DNA of 64,000 nt from an uncultured Chryseobacterium sp. (GTDB lineage Bacteria > Bacteroidota > Bacteroidia > Palsa-965): contig CBIHOC010000028.1 in assembly GCA_966211705.1 (NCBI GenBank), positions 13,767-77,766 of the forward strand, written 5' to 3'. The notes below the pieces were generated by a model that worked only from the letters and a program-made list of their open reading frames with translations, searched no databases and was not told where the DNA came from. Made by a program: the position numbers and the translations under genes. This document shows, piece after piece, positions 27,527-35,723 of this stretch (positions are counted from its first letter, which is position 1; each line of letters begins with the position of its first letter).

Positions 27527-28405
27527 TCACTTCCACCCGTTCTTCCCCGTCGCCGACAGGCTGTAATGCATCCCGAGCGTGAAGCTCACGGAGCTGAGCG
27601 GGTAAAATCGTTTCAGCGCGACGTACGGATTGTCGGGATTGTCGTTCTCGCGGTCGTCGAGCTGTTTGACGTAGATGAATTCTTTTTCGGCCGTGGGCAT
27701 GTTGTTCAGCTGGTCCACACCGTCGACCGTGGACCGCACGCGTTTACCTTGTGTGGGCGCCCAGTTCATGAAGCAACCGGTGGCTTCTGCGAAAATGAAC
27801 AGGTGGCTCGTGAGCTTGTAATTCACCCCGAAGCCGCTCATGAAGCCGAATGCCACGCCGCCGTCGTAAAGGAAGCGGTCTTCAACCACGCTTGTGCCTT
27901 CCTGGCTGGTAATCGTACGCACACGCTGTTCGGTGAAACGGTTCCACAGGCCGAGGGAAAGTCCGCCCCGCAGGTAGGGGAAAAAATCGGGGTTCATGTT
28001 GTCGCGCGTATTCCCCAGGCGGATCCGCACCGCAGGCGTCACTTTCAGCATGCACACGCGCTTTTCCACGTCTTCGAAATCCGACGCAGTCATGGAAAAT
28101 ACCTGGTGGTTCTCGAACCTGTGCTTCGACCCGAGCAGGTACGCTGCGCCGATCTCCACGCCGAAACGGCTGTTAAGCATGTACCCGGTGTAGATATTGG
28201 CGCCGAAACCGTTGCCGTACGTCCCCATTTCGTTGCGCATGAAAAACGTATTGACATACGTGTTGGAATGAACCGTCGTGCCCAGCACCTGCCTCACCAC
28301 CGGCAACGCATACGACCCGCCCCCGCCGAAATACAAGCCCTGCCCATGCGCCGTCGCAACAGTGATGACCAGCGATGCCGCAAAAATGATCTTCTTCAGC
28401 CCCAT
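27527..28405 (-). CDS. outer-membrane beta-barrel protein (hypothetical)
   Basis: Start MGLKKIIFAASLVITVATAHGQ. Gly/aromatic-rich amphipathic strands. Confidence 0.55.
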   Translation of the reverse strand: MGLKKIIFAASLVITVATAHGQGLYFGGGGSYALPVVRQVLGTTVHSNTYVNTFFMRNEMGTYGNGFGANIYTGYMLNSRFGVEIGAAYLLGSKHRFENHQVFSMTASDFEDVEKRVCMLKVTPAVRIRLGNTRDNMNPDFFPYLRGGLSLGLWNRFTEQRVRTITSQEGTSVVEDRFLYDGGVAFGFMSGFGVNYKLTSHLFIFAEATGCFMNWAPTQGKRVRSTVDGVDQLNNMPTAEKEFIYVKQLDDRENDNPDNPYVALKRFYPLSSVSFTLGMHYSLSATGKNGWK

Positions 28406-28511
28406 CGTGGATCGTTTTGCCAAAACCACGCCAACGCACTTGTTGAGGAAACGATTTTGGTCAGTCGCTACCTGGGAAAAACTGACACGCGTCAATTCAA
28501 TTGCCGATACG

Positions 28512-28664
28512 AGTCCCGTAGGGACGACCTGTTTATAATATCGGAATACCTCCTACAGAGAAAACCGGGCGGGGCGACCTTGATCGATGATCAATTAAGG
28601 ACGCCCCGCCCGGTTTTTAGCAGGTAGGATAGCTCTGTTATAAACGGGTCGTCCCTACGGGACT
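28512..28664. repeat. 153-bp nested inverted-repeat element (MITE-like or structured RNA)
   Basis: Outer arms AGTCCCGTAGGGACGACCTGTTTATAA (28512-28538) / TTATAAACGGGTCGTCCCTACGGGACT (28638-28664), 27 bp with one mismatch. Inner perfect 16-bp stem AAAACCGGGCGGGGCG / CGCCCCGCCCGGTTTT (28561-28617), whose loop contains TTGATCGATGATCAA. Confidence 0.85.
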
Positions 28665-28693
28665 GATGGAAATATCACTCGGAAATTAGAAAT

Positions 28694-29773
28694 TTACCCG
28701 AACAGCTCCACTTCCGTCGCGCCGAAACCGTAGCGCTGGTACGACGCGTCGTGGAAACGGATGCCTTTGTAGGTCGACAGGATGCGCCGCACTTCCTGTT
28801 TCAGCCTGCCGTTGCCGACGCCGTGGATGAACACGATGCGCTGCATACGCGCCGCGATCGCCGCGTCGAGCTCCTCCATCACTTTTTTCAGCTGCACGTC
28901 CATCAGTTGCGCATTGCCCAGGCCCGACCAGTTGTCCATCAATTCCTCGATGTGCAGGTCGATCTCCTTGTGCAGCTCCTGGTTCTTCCGCGCCGGGACG
29001 GATGTTTTTTTGCCGGTCAGCTGCTTCTCCTTCGCTTCCAGCATGCGGCGGATGTCGTCGTTGCTGATGAACGGGCGCTCCGTTTCACCCGGAAGCTCAT
29101 CCTGCAGGATCTCGATCTCCGCCACGTATGCGCGTTTGCCCGTCAGCAGGTCGGCCGTGTAGGTCGCGTCCTTGAAAAATTTCACGCCCTTCAGCTTCAG
29201 CTGGTCCGAAATCGGCGCGCGGTGCACATAACTTTCATCGCTGAAAAAAAGAAGGTCCGTTTTCACCGTTCCCCACTCGTCGATCTGCTGCGGCGTAAGC
29301 GTTTCCACCTCCGCATGCCTGCGCGGACCGAGCGCGCCCGACTGGATGCAGGTCCATTCCCGCCCGTCTTTCAGCGAAAGCGTGTAAAAAATATCGTAAT
29401 CCGTATGGTTATAAAAAACAAGATCGATCTCCCCCGCCGACGGAAACGCCTGGTGCCGCGGAATGAACGCAAGATAAATGCCGTCCGCCACACGCTCGTT
29501 AAACCCCGAAGGAGCCGTCAAATATTTTTCACCTGCAGTTTCCTTTTTCCCCCGTTCCCCGTTCCCTCGTCCCCCGTCCCTTCGTCCCTCGTCCCCTTCG
29601 TCCCTCGCCCCCTTCTCAATCGGCGCCGCCGGCACCAGCTGGTTCAGCGGGTACGGATACTCGAAGCCGCCTTCGATCTCCACCATCGCCATGCCGTTGC
29701 CCACGATCTTCGTTACCGTGCCTTCGCCGGTTTCGTTGAGGAATCGCACTTTGTCGCCTTTGCGGAACTGCAT
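28694..29773 (-). CDS. Smr domain-containing protein (DUF2027-like)
   Basis: C-terminal Smr domain KEIDLHIEEL...RIVFIHGVGNGRLKQEVRRIL. Start set at MQFRKGDKV. An internal low-complexity Gly/Arg/Asp linker is encoded by CGTCCCT heptamer repeats. Confidence 0.7.
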   Translation of the reverse strand: MQFRKGDKVRFLNETGEGTVTKIVGNGMAMVEIEGGFEYPYPLNQLVPAAPIEKGARDEGDEGRRDGGRGNGERGKKETAGEKYLTAPSGFNERVADGIYLAFIPRHQAFPSAGEIDLVFYNHTDYDIFYTLSLKDGREWTCIQSGALGPRRHAEVETLTPQQIDEWGTVKTDLLFFSDESYVHRAPISDQLKLKGVKFFKDATYTADLLTGKRAYVAEIEILQDELPGETERPFISNDDIRRMLEAKEKQLTGKKTSVPARKNQELHKEIDLHIEELMDNWSGLGNAQLMDVQLKKVMEELDAAIAARMQRIVFIHGVGNGRLKQEVRRILSTYKGIRFHDASYQRYGFGATEVELFG

Positions 29774-29775
29774 GG

Positions 29776-29880
29776 GGTAATGTTCGTTGTTTGTTGTTTG
29801 TTGTTTGATCGCTTGTTGTTTGTCGTTTGCTATTTGTTGTTTGACAGTTTGATCGTTTGCCAGTTTGTAGTTTGTCACTT
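29776..29880. repeat. tandem (TTGTTTG)-type heptamers directly upstream of the Smr gene start (CAAACAA on the coding strand)
   Basis: ttgtttgttgtttgttgtttgatcgcttgttgtttgtcgtttgctatttgttgtttgacagtttgatcgtttgccagtttgtagtttgtc. Confidence 0.85.
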
Positions 29881-30353
29881 CACTCCAGCACGCTTACGTT
29901 CTCCACGATTTCCGTAAAGGTGTTGAGGTGCGTTTCAACATCTTTCCCCGAATTGCCGGCAAGCGAAAAGTTCAGTACGATGTCTTTACCGCCTGCCTTT
30001 TTCCTGACTACAGCCAGTACCATGCGCGGATCATCAAGGTATTCCAGCGTCTGGTAGACCAGGTCATCTTTTTTTGTGATAGCGGAATACGCTGCCCAGT
30101 TGATATCTGTCTTGTAATAGCCGGATTTTATGGTTTCAAAAAAATCATCCAGCGTGTACTCCGGCACTTGCGACATGTCGCGCATGGAAACATTTAGCCG
30201 GATGGCGTCGTTTTTCGTCGCCCGCAGGGTTCCGTTGTCATTGGTAGTGGTCCAGTCTTCCGGTATCGCCAGGAGGAACGGTCCGAATTTCAGACCGGCG
30301 TAGTGATTTCCCGTTTCCGGCGTTTGCGTTTTTTTCTTGAATAATCCAAACAT
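29880..30353 (-). CDS. hypothetical protein
   Basis: Start MFGLFKKKTQ; no recognisable motif. Confidence 0.45.
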   Translation of the reverse strand: MFGLFKKKTQTPETGNHYAGLKFGPFLLAIPEDWTTTNDNGTLRATKNDAIRLNVSMRDMSQVPEYTLDDFFETIKSGYYKTDINWAAYSAITKKDDLVYQTLEYLDDPRMVLAVVRKKAGGKDIVLNFSLAGNSGKDVETHLNTFTEIVENVSVLE

Positions 30354-30618
30354 GTCTTTGGGTGTAATTAACGTTCGACGAATGCGTGCAATTAACGTTC
30401 GACTAAAGTAAGGATTCTTGAAATTTCCAGGGTTGGGCATTTTTGCGGGGAAGACTCCTGGGATGTTGCGGTTAGACAATCGTGCGCACACGCTCACCGT
30501 GAAAAAGCATTTCAGCAAAAGAAAAAGAGATCGCGGAATTTTTGGTGGAGAATTATTAGTTGTAAAAACCGTGACTTTTTGCCGGCATCATACTTATACC
30601 CCAAAACACACGATTCCG

Positions 30619-31089
30619 ATGAACCGCTTTTTCAGTTTATTAGTGTTGCTGCTGCCGTGCTGCGTGACGGGACAGGTCGATTCTGCTGTTTCAGTTGACT
30701 CAGCCCGGCCTCCGATGTGGATATTTACAGCTGCTTCAACAATAGTTACTGACACATCCTATCATCCACTCGAGGATGAGAAACATTATGTCAAAAGAGA
30801 CACAACCAAACCCGTTATCGTTGAAAAGGAACAAACAATATTGCAGGACGGTAAAAAAATTGGCTCCGTCAAAACCAATTATTCCCGGTATCGCGGGCAG
30901 GCGCTCACAAGCACGTCTTTTTGCACCATAACAGGTCAGCTCGTGGCCGTTGTCAGCATTCTCGAGACCAGCAATTCCTGCGAAGTTTACACCTATAAAG
31001 ACAGGAAAAAACAAACCGTCATCATCAACGATTATTTCGCGCATCAAAAAGAGCTGGCGGAATTTCTCGTGGAGAATAATTACCTGTAA
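30619..31089 (+). CDS. hypothetical secreted protein
   Basis: Start MNRFFSLLVLLLPCCVTGQ (signal peptide). Confidence 0.5.
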   Translation: MNRFFSLLVLLLPCCVTGQVDSAVSVDSARPPMWIFTAASTIVTDTSYHPLEDEKHYVKRDTTKPVIVEKEQTILQDGKKIGSVKTNYSRYRGQALTSTSFCTITGQLVAVVSILETSNSCEVYTYKDRKKQTVIINDYFAHQKELAEFLVENNYL

Positions 31090-31621
31090 ACAGTTGAATA
31101 GTTGGGCGCGGCGGATTATTTTTCAGATAGAGCCAATACGAATAGAACATGATATGATGGATTTTATTATCCATATCGGCCGGATCTGCTGACTGGTAAA
31201 CCACGTTTAATTGCTTCTTTGTCCAGTACGAAACCAGTTGCGGAGATGCTTCGAATTCCGTCATGGCTGGTCGGCCTAATTTCTTTTCTACACTGCTCCG
31301 GGTGTCGGACATCGTAAGCCCGTAAGGTAGTTTTCCGGAATAACTTTCAGTATACCTCCCAACTCCTTTGGAATAAATCATTACCCAGACGATAGTGTCT
31401 CCGTCGATGTAAAATTCGATTCCTTTGTTATAAAACCGGTAGAAATAAGGCTGCATCGGCCCAAGCTCTTCAATCGCGGGCTCTTCGTCCAGTTGGTCGA
31501 GAAACGTCTGCGCCTTTTTCGACATGATGTGCTCGCCGGGAAGCTTATGCGCTTCAACGACCTTTTCCGCACAGGAGGAAAGAAGCGCGGCAACGGCAAC
31601 CAGGAGAAAAGCCGCTCTCAC
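31025..31621 (-). CDS. hypothetical lipoprotein
   Basis: LLSSC lipobox. 3' end overlaps the convergent gene by about 65 nt. Confidence 0.5.
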   Translation of the reverse strand: MRAAFLLVAVAALLSSCAEKVVEAHKLPGEHIMSKKAQTFLDQLDEEPAIEELGPMQPYFYRFYNKGIEFYIDGDTIVWVMIYSKGVGRYTESYSGKLPYGLTMSDTRSSVEKKLGRPAMTEFEASPQLVSYWTKKQLNVVYQSADPADMDNKIHHIMFYSYWLYLKNNPPRPTIQLFTGNYSPREIPPALFDARNNR

Positions 31622-32751
31622 ACCTTCTCCTTTTTCAGCACGCTTTCATACAGCTCTTCATAAACCGGCAGAATATTCTTCATGTCGAATTTCTTCGCCT
31701 GCGCGTACGCCGCGGCTTTGAAGCGTTGCAGCGTGACCTCGTCGGAAAGGATCGTGATCGCGTTCTTCGCCATGTCGTCCACGTCGCCCACGTTGCTCGT
31801 AAAGCCCGTCACGCCGTTGATGTTCACTTCCGGCAGTCCGCCCGTGTTCGTCGAGATCACCGGCACATGCGAGGCCATGGCTTCCAGCGCGGCGAGACCG
31901 AAGCTTTCCGTTTCCGAAGGCAGCATGAACAGGTCCGCGATCGACAGCACCTGCGCCGGGTTCAGCACCTTGCCGAGCGAAATAATGTCGTCGCAGGTTT
32001 TCAGTTCACGGCACAGCTTCTCGATGTTCGAGCGCTCCGGCCCGTCGCCCACGAGGATGAGGCGGCACGGCACTTCTTTCCGAACCTTGTCGAACACCCG
32101 CAGCACGTCGTCCACGCGCTTCACCTTCCGGAAGTTCGACACGTGCACGATCAGCTTCTCCCCGTTCGGCGCGAACATGTGGCGCTGGCAATCTTTCGAA
32201 GCCTGCCCGTAATCGTCGAGGCAGATGAAGTTCGGGATCACGGCAATGTCGCGCGTCACGCTGAAGTAGTTGTACGTGTCCGCTTTCAGGCTTTCCGAAA
32301 CCGCCGTCACCGCGTCGGAATGGTTGATGGAAAACGTGATCACCGGCTCGAACGAAGCGTCGCGCCCCACGAGCGTAATGTCGGTGCCGTGCAGCGTGGT
32401 GATGAACGGCAGCTGTATGCCGCGGTCGGCGAGTATCTGTTTGGCCATGTAGGCCGCGGAGGCATGCGGGATGGCGTAATGCACGTGCAGCAGGTCGAGC
32501 TTCTCGCTCAGCACCACGTCCACCATGCGGCTCGTCAGCACCAGCTCATACGGCTGGTAGTCGAACAGCGGGTAATCCGAAACCACGACCTCGTGGTAAA
32601 AAATATTTTCCGTGAACGAATCCAGTCGCACCGGCTGGCTGTAGGTGATGAAATGCACCTCGTGGCCTTTATGCGCCAGCGCTTTCCCCAGCTCCGTAGC
32701 CACCACGCCCGATCCGCCGAAAGTGGGGTAACAAACGATCCCGATCTTCAT
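31618..32751 (-). CDS. bshA: N-acetyl-alpha-D-glucosaminyl L-malate synthase (bacillithiol biosynthesis GT4 glycosyltransferase)
   Basis: MKIGIVCYPTFGGSGVVATELGKALAHKGHEVHFIT N-terminus and the GT4 E-x7-E region (ETESFGLAALEAMA). Confidence 0.75.
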   Translation of the reverse strand: MKIGIVCYPTFGGSGVVATELGKALAHKGHEVHFITYSQPVRLDSFTENIFYHEVVVSDYPLFDYQPYELVLTSRMVDVVLSEKLDLLHVHYAIPHASAAYMAKQILADRGIQLPFITTLHGTDITLVGRDASFEPVITFSINHSDAVTAVSESLKADTYNYFSVTRDIAVIPNFICLDDYGQASKDCQRHMFAPNGEKLIVHVSNFRKVKRVDDVLRVFDKVRKEVPCRLILVGDGPERSNIEKLCRELKTCDDIISLGKVLNPAQVLSIADLFMLPSETESFGLAALEAMASHVPVISTNTGGLPEVNINGVTGFTSNVGDVDDMAKNAITILSDEVTLQRFKAAAYAQAKKFDMKNILPVYEELYESVLKKEKV

Positions 32752-32755
32752 GGAG

Positions 32756-32763
32756 CAAAGGTA
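32756..32763 (-). promoter_or_regulatory. -7 box TACCTTTG 4 nt upstream of the bshA ATG (leaderless prediction)
   Basis: Minus strand reads TACCTTTGCTCCATG. Confidence 0.35.
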
Positions 32764-32855
32764 AGATGTGCTAATGTGCCGAAATGCCGATGTGCCGATT
32801 TATTTTCCGGGAATGCGTCGATCATGCTTCCAAAATTCATCGGCATTTCGGCACA

Positions 32856-33869
32856 TCAGAAAACAACCGCCACCGTACAATTCCCCCAGCTGTGCGGATC
32901 GCCGTCATCGAATTCCTGCGTCAAATAGGTTTTCGAAAATTCGAAACGCAATTTTTTCCACGCAACAGAAGCGCCGGCGGTGGAGCGAAAAACGAGACGC
33001 TTCACATCCTGCGTTGGAATGACGTACGCGTTTTCCCTGTTGAACAATCCGCCCTGCAAGGTTGCATTGTAGGCCACGCCGTAAGCTTCCGACCGCGCGA
33101 AGAACCAGAAGCGGAAACGTTTCGTATAGCCCGGCGCGCTGAAATACGGATCCATTTCCCCCAGCCGCACCTGCAATCCCGCGCCTCCGTTGGTAAACAG
33201 CGTCCCGGCTTTCAGCATCCCGTACCCCGCCGCATCGAAGTACGAAGTGGTGATCAATCCTTTTTCGAGCTTCAGCGAATAGTTCACGATCACATCGTTC
33301 GAAACCTGGAACTGCCAGCCTTGCGGGAGGCTGTTGTTGAGCCAGAGGTGCAGCGTGGTCTGCGTCTGCTCGCAAACCGCGCAGGGACCGATGCCGCCCA
33401 GGCCGAGCTCCGAAAGCAGGCGCACCCGTTTTTCACGCACCGTCGACGTGCGCCCGAAACCGAGAAAAATGATCCCCGCAAACGGGCGGTCACCGAAATG
33501 GATCACGTCGTCGTCGAGGTTTTTCGGCGTGTAACAATCCTGGTTGTAGGAAACGGTGAAACCCGCGTCGCTTTCGCCATCCAGCTTCGGCAGCAGGCGG
33601 GTGAACGGGTTCTTCCGCGACACCGGGAACAAAACTTCGATGCGCGTGCCCTGCGTGTAATAATGGTCCGTGGTGCTCATCACGTCGTTGTCGTAGCTGA
33701 TCTTCCACGCGTGACGGAACACGGTTGCGCTGTCCTGCGCAGGTAAGGTTACGGGGAGACTAATGGCCAGGAGAAAAATACGGATCACCCGAAGCGGATT
33801 TCGGATGAAAGTACAAATTGTCGCCCACGTGCCGCGCGGGTATCGAGTAGCGGGACAAACGATGGACAC
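32856..33869 (-). CDS. lipid A deacylase LpxR family protein (DUF2219), paralog 1
   Basis: SYDNDVMSTTDHYYTQGTRIE... beta-barrel. 38% or more identity to the neighbouring paralog by eye. Confidence 0.6.
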   Translation of the reverse strand: MSIVCPATRYPRGTWATICTFIRNPLRVIRIFLLAISLPVTLPAQDSATVFRHAWKISYDNDVMSTTDHYYTQGTRIEVLFPVSRKNPFTRLLPKLDGESDAGFTVSYNQDCYTPKNLDDDVIHFGDRPFAGIIFLGFGRTSTVREKRVRLLSELGLGGIGPCAVCEQTQTTLHLWLNNSLPQGWQFQVSNDVIVNYSLKLEKGLITTSYFDAAGYGMLKAGTLFTNGGAGLQVRLGEMDPYFSAPGYTKRFRFWFFARSEAYGVAYNATLQGGLFNRENAYVIPTQDVKRLVFRSTAGASVAWKKLRFEFSKTYLTQEFDDGDPHSWGNCTVAVVF

Positions 33870-33920
33870 AAATTCTACCCAATACCCGCTACCCGATACT
33901 CGATACCCGATACCCGCTAC

Positions 33921-34853
33921 CTAAAAATACACGGTTATGTTGAAATGTCCCCAGCCGTGGGAAAATCCGCCACGGAATTCGGGGGTGATGTGGACTTTGG
34001 TGTATTCGAGGCGTATCCGTTTCCACGCGAGCACAACGCCGCCGTTCGTGCGGATCAGCACGCGTTTGATGTCGGCGGCGGGAATTGTGTAAATGTTTTC
34101 CCTGCTGAGCAGTGCGCCCTGCAAGGTGCCGTTGTAGGCGATGCCGTAGACGGCGGCCTGCCCGGAAAGCCAGAGGCGGAGCTGTTTCGTGTAGCCGGGC
34201 GGAAAAAAATACGGCTCCAGCAGCCCGATGCGGATCATCATGCCTGAGCCGGCGTTGTTGAACACGGTTCCGATCTCCATGCTTCCGAACGCCGTCACGT
34301 CGAACAAAGGCGAAATGAGCAATCCTTTCTCCAGCCGCACGCTGTAGTCCAGCAGCAGGCCGTTCCGCATTTGGTTCTGCCATCCGTGCGGCAGGTCGTT
34401 CCGGAACAGGCGGTGGATCTCGTTCTGGGCCTGCTCGCACGCCGCGCACCGCCCGATGCCGCCCGCACCGAGCTCCGTGATCAGCCGCAGGTTCTTCGCC
34501 GGCAGGCCGGAGCTGCGGATGAACGTGGCGTAAATGAGCCCCGCAAACGGCCGGTCGCCAGCAAGCACTTTATCCTCCCGCACGCTCGTGGGCGTGTAGC
34601 AACGCTGGTTTACCGACACGCCGTAATATTCGTCCATGCTCCCCGGCAGCCGCACGAGCAGCGCGCCCATCGGATTTTTCTTCCCCGGCCGGAACGTCAT
34701 GCCGATGCGTATGCCCTGCGAGTAATAACGGTCCTCCTGGTCCATCACGTCGTTATCGTAATGGATGTCCACCGACCGCCGGAAGATCCCGGTCGAATCC
34801 TGCGCAAACGAAAAAACAGGAATCACCAACAGCACAAAAACCAACCGCAACAT
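33921..34853 (-). CDS. lipid A deacylase LpxR family protein (DUF2219), paralog 2
   Basis: Signal peptide MLRLVFVLLVIPVFSFAQ, then DIHYDNDVMDQEDRYYSQGIRIG... Confidence 0.6.
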   Translation of the reverse strand: MLRLVFVLLVIPVFSFAQDSTGIFRRSVDIHYDNDVMDQEDRYYSQGIRIGMTFRPGKKNPMGALLVRLPGSMDEYYGVSVNQRCYTPTSVREDKVLAGDRPFAGLIYATFIRSSGLPAKNLRLITELGAGGIGRCAACEQAQNEIHRLFRNDLPHGWQNQMRNGLLLDYSVRLEKGLLISPLFDVTAFGSMEIGTVFNNAGSGMMIRIGLLEPYFFPPGYTKQLRLWLSGQAAVYGIAYNGTLQGALLSRENIYTIPAADIKRVLIRTNGGVVLAWKRIRLEYTKVHITPEFRGGFSHGWGHFNITVYF

Positions 34854-34920
34854 GCCAAATCCACCTGCAAATCAATTTCCAGATACGTTGCTTCCGAAAA
34901 AAAAGTTTACTGAGTTTCGT

Positions 34921-35040
34921 CATTGACAACCGCGCACGTCCACAACCGACAACTGACAAACCGACAACAGATCACCGACAACAGACCACCGACAGCCGAT
35001 CACCGACAACAGACCACCGACAACTGCACACCGCTCATCA
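34921..35040. repeat. tandem CCGACAAC(AGAYCA) repeats upstream of the VOC gene
   Basis: caaccgacaactgacaaaccgacaacagatcaccgacaacagaccaccgacagccgatcaccgacaacagaccaccgacaactgcacacc. Confidence 0.85.
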
Positions 35041-35100
35041 TAATTTCACACTCCGTTAATTTCCCTTCTCTATCTTGTCCTCCTAAAAAACAAAACTACT

Positions 35101-35484
35101 ATGGACGCAACCGTCAACACGCTCAACTGGTTCGAAGTTCCCGTCGCGGATTTCGAACGTGCAAAAAAATTTTACGAAACGATCTTCGGCATCGAGCTGC
35201 AAGTGATGGATTTCCAGGGCTTCAAAATGGGCATGTTCCCGTCAACGCCCGGCGACGGCAAGCTTTCCGGGGCCATCGTGCATGGAGAATGGTACAAGCC
35301 GTCAGCAGAAGGAACGCTCGTTTATTTCAACGGTAATCCCGACCTGCAGGTGGCGCTCGACAAAATTGAAAAGGCGGGCGGAAAAGTGCTCCAGCCGAAA
35401 ACGCAGATCACGCCGGAATACGGTTACATGGCCATCTTTATGGATACGGAAGGCAACCGGGTGGCGCTGCATTCGCAGGAGTAA
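35101..35484 (+). CDS. VOC/glyoxalase family protein
   Basis: NWFEVPVADFERAKKFYETIFG...GNRVALHS. Confidence 0.8.
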   Translation: MDATVNTLNWFEVPVADFERAKKFYETIFGIELQVMDFQGFKMGMFPSTPGDGKLSGAIVHGEWYKPSAEGTLVYFNGNPDLQVALDKIEKAGGKVLQPKTQITPEYGYMAIFMDTEGNRVALHSQE

Positions 35485-35487
35485 ATG

Positions 35488-35670
35488 ATGTGCGGATATG
35501 CAGATGTGCAGATGCGAGGATTCGCGCTGACCAGCCGCACAAATGTTAACCACGAGGCACGGAGACACGGGGAAAAGGGATGTGCTGAAATGCTGATGTG
35601 TCGAAATGCCGATGCGCACGAACAGCCGCACAAATGTTAACCACGGAGGCACGGAGACACGGGGGAATGT
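35488..35670. repeat. two tandem units of about 92 bp, each a GATGTGC/ATGCCGAT oligo-repeat block plus a conserved 41-nt core
   Basis: Core CAGCCGCACAAATGTTAACCACG(A/G)AGGCACGGAGACACGGGG at 35531-35571 and 35623-35665. Confidence 0.85.
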
Positions 35671-35723
35671 GTAATTTTCCTTCGTGACTTTGTGCCTTCG
35701 TGGCATTTTTATTTTTCGCCCCG

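Noticed and set aside
27050-27530. tmRNA (ssrA), considered because smpB is in the window
   Set aside because: No tRNA-like 5'/3' ends or tag ORF were found. The conserved blocks match RNase P P4 instead.
27566-28627. 353-aa plus-strand ORF (and 28751..29917, 388 aa)
   Set aside because: They are antisense to the OM barrel and Smr genes. The translations are His/Arg-rich junk.
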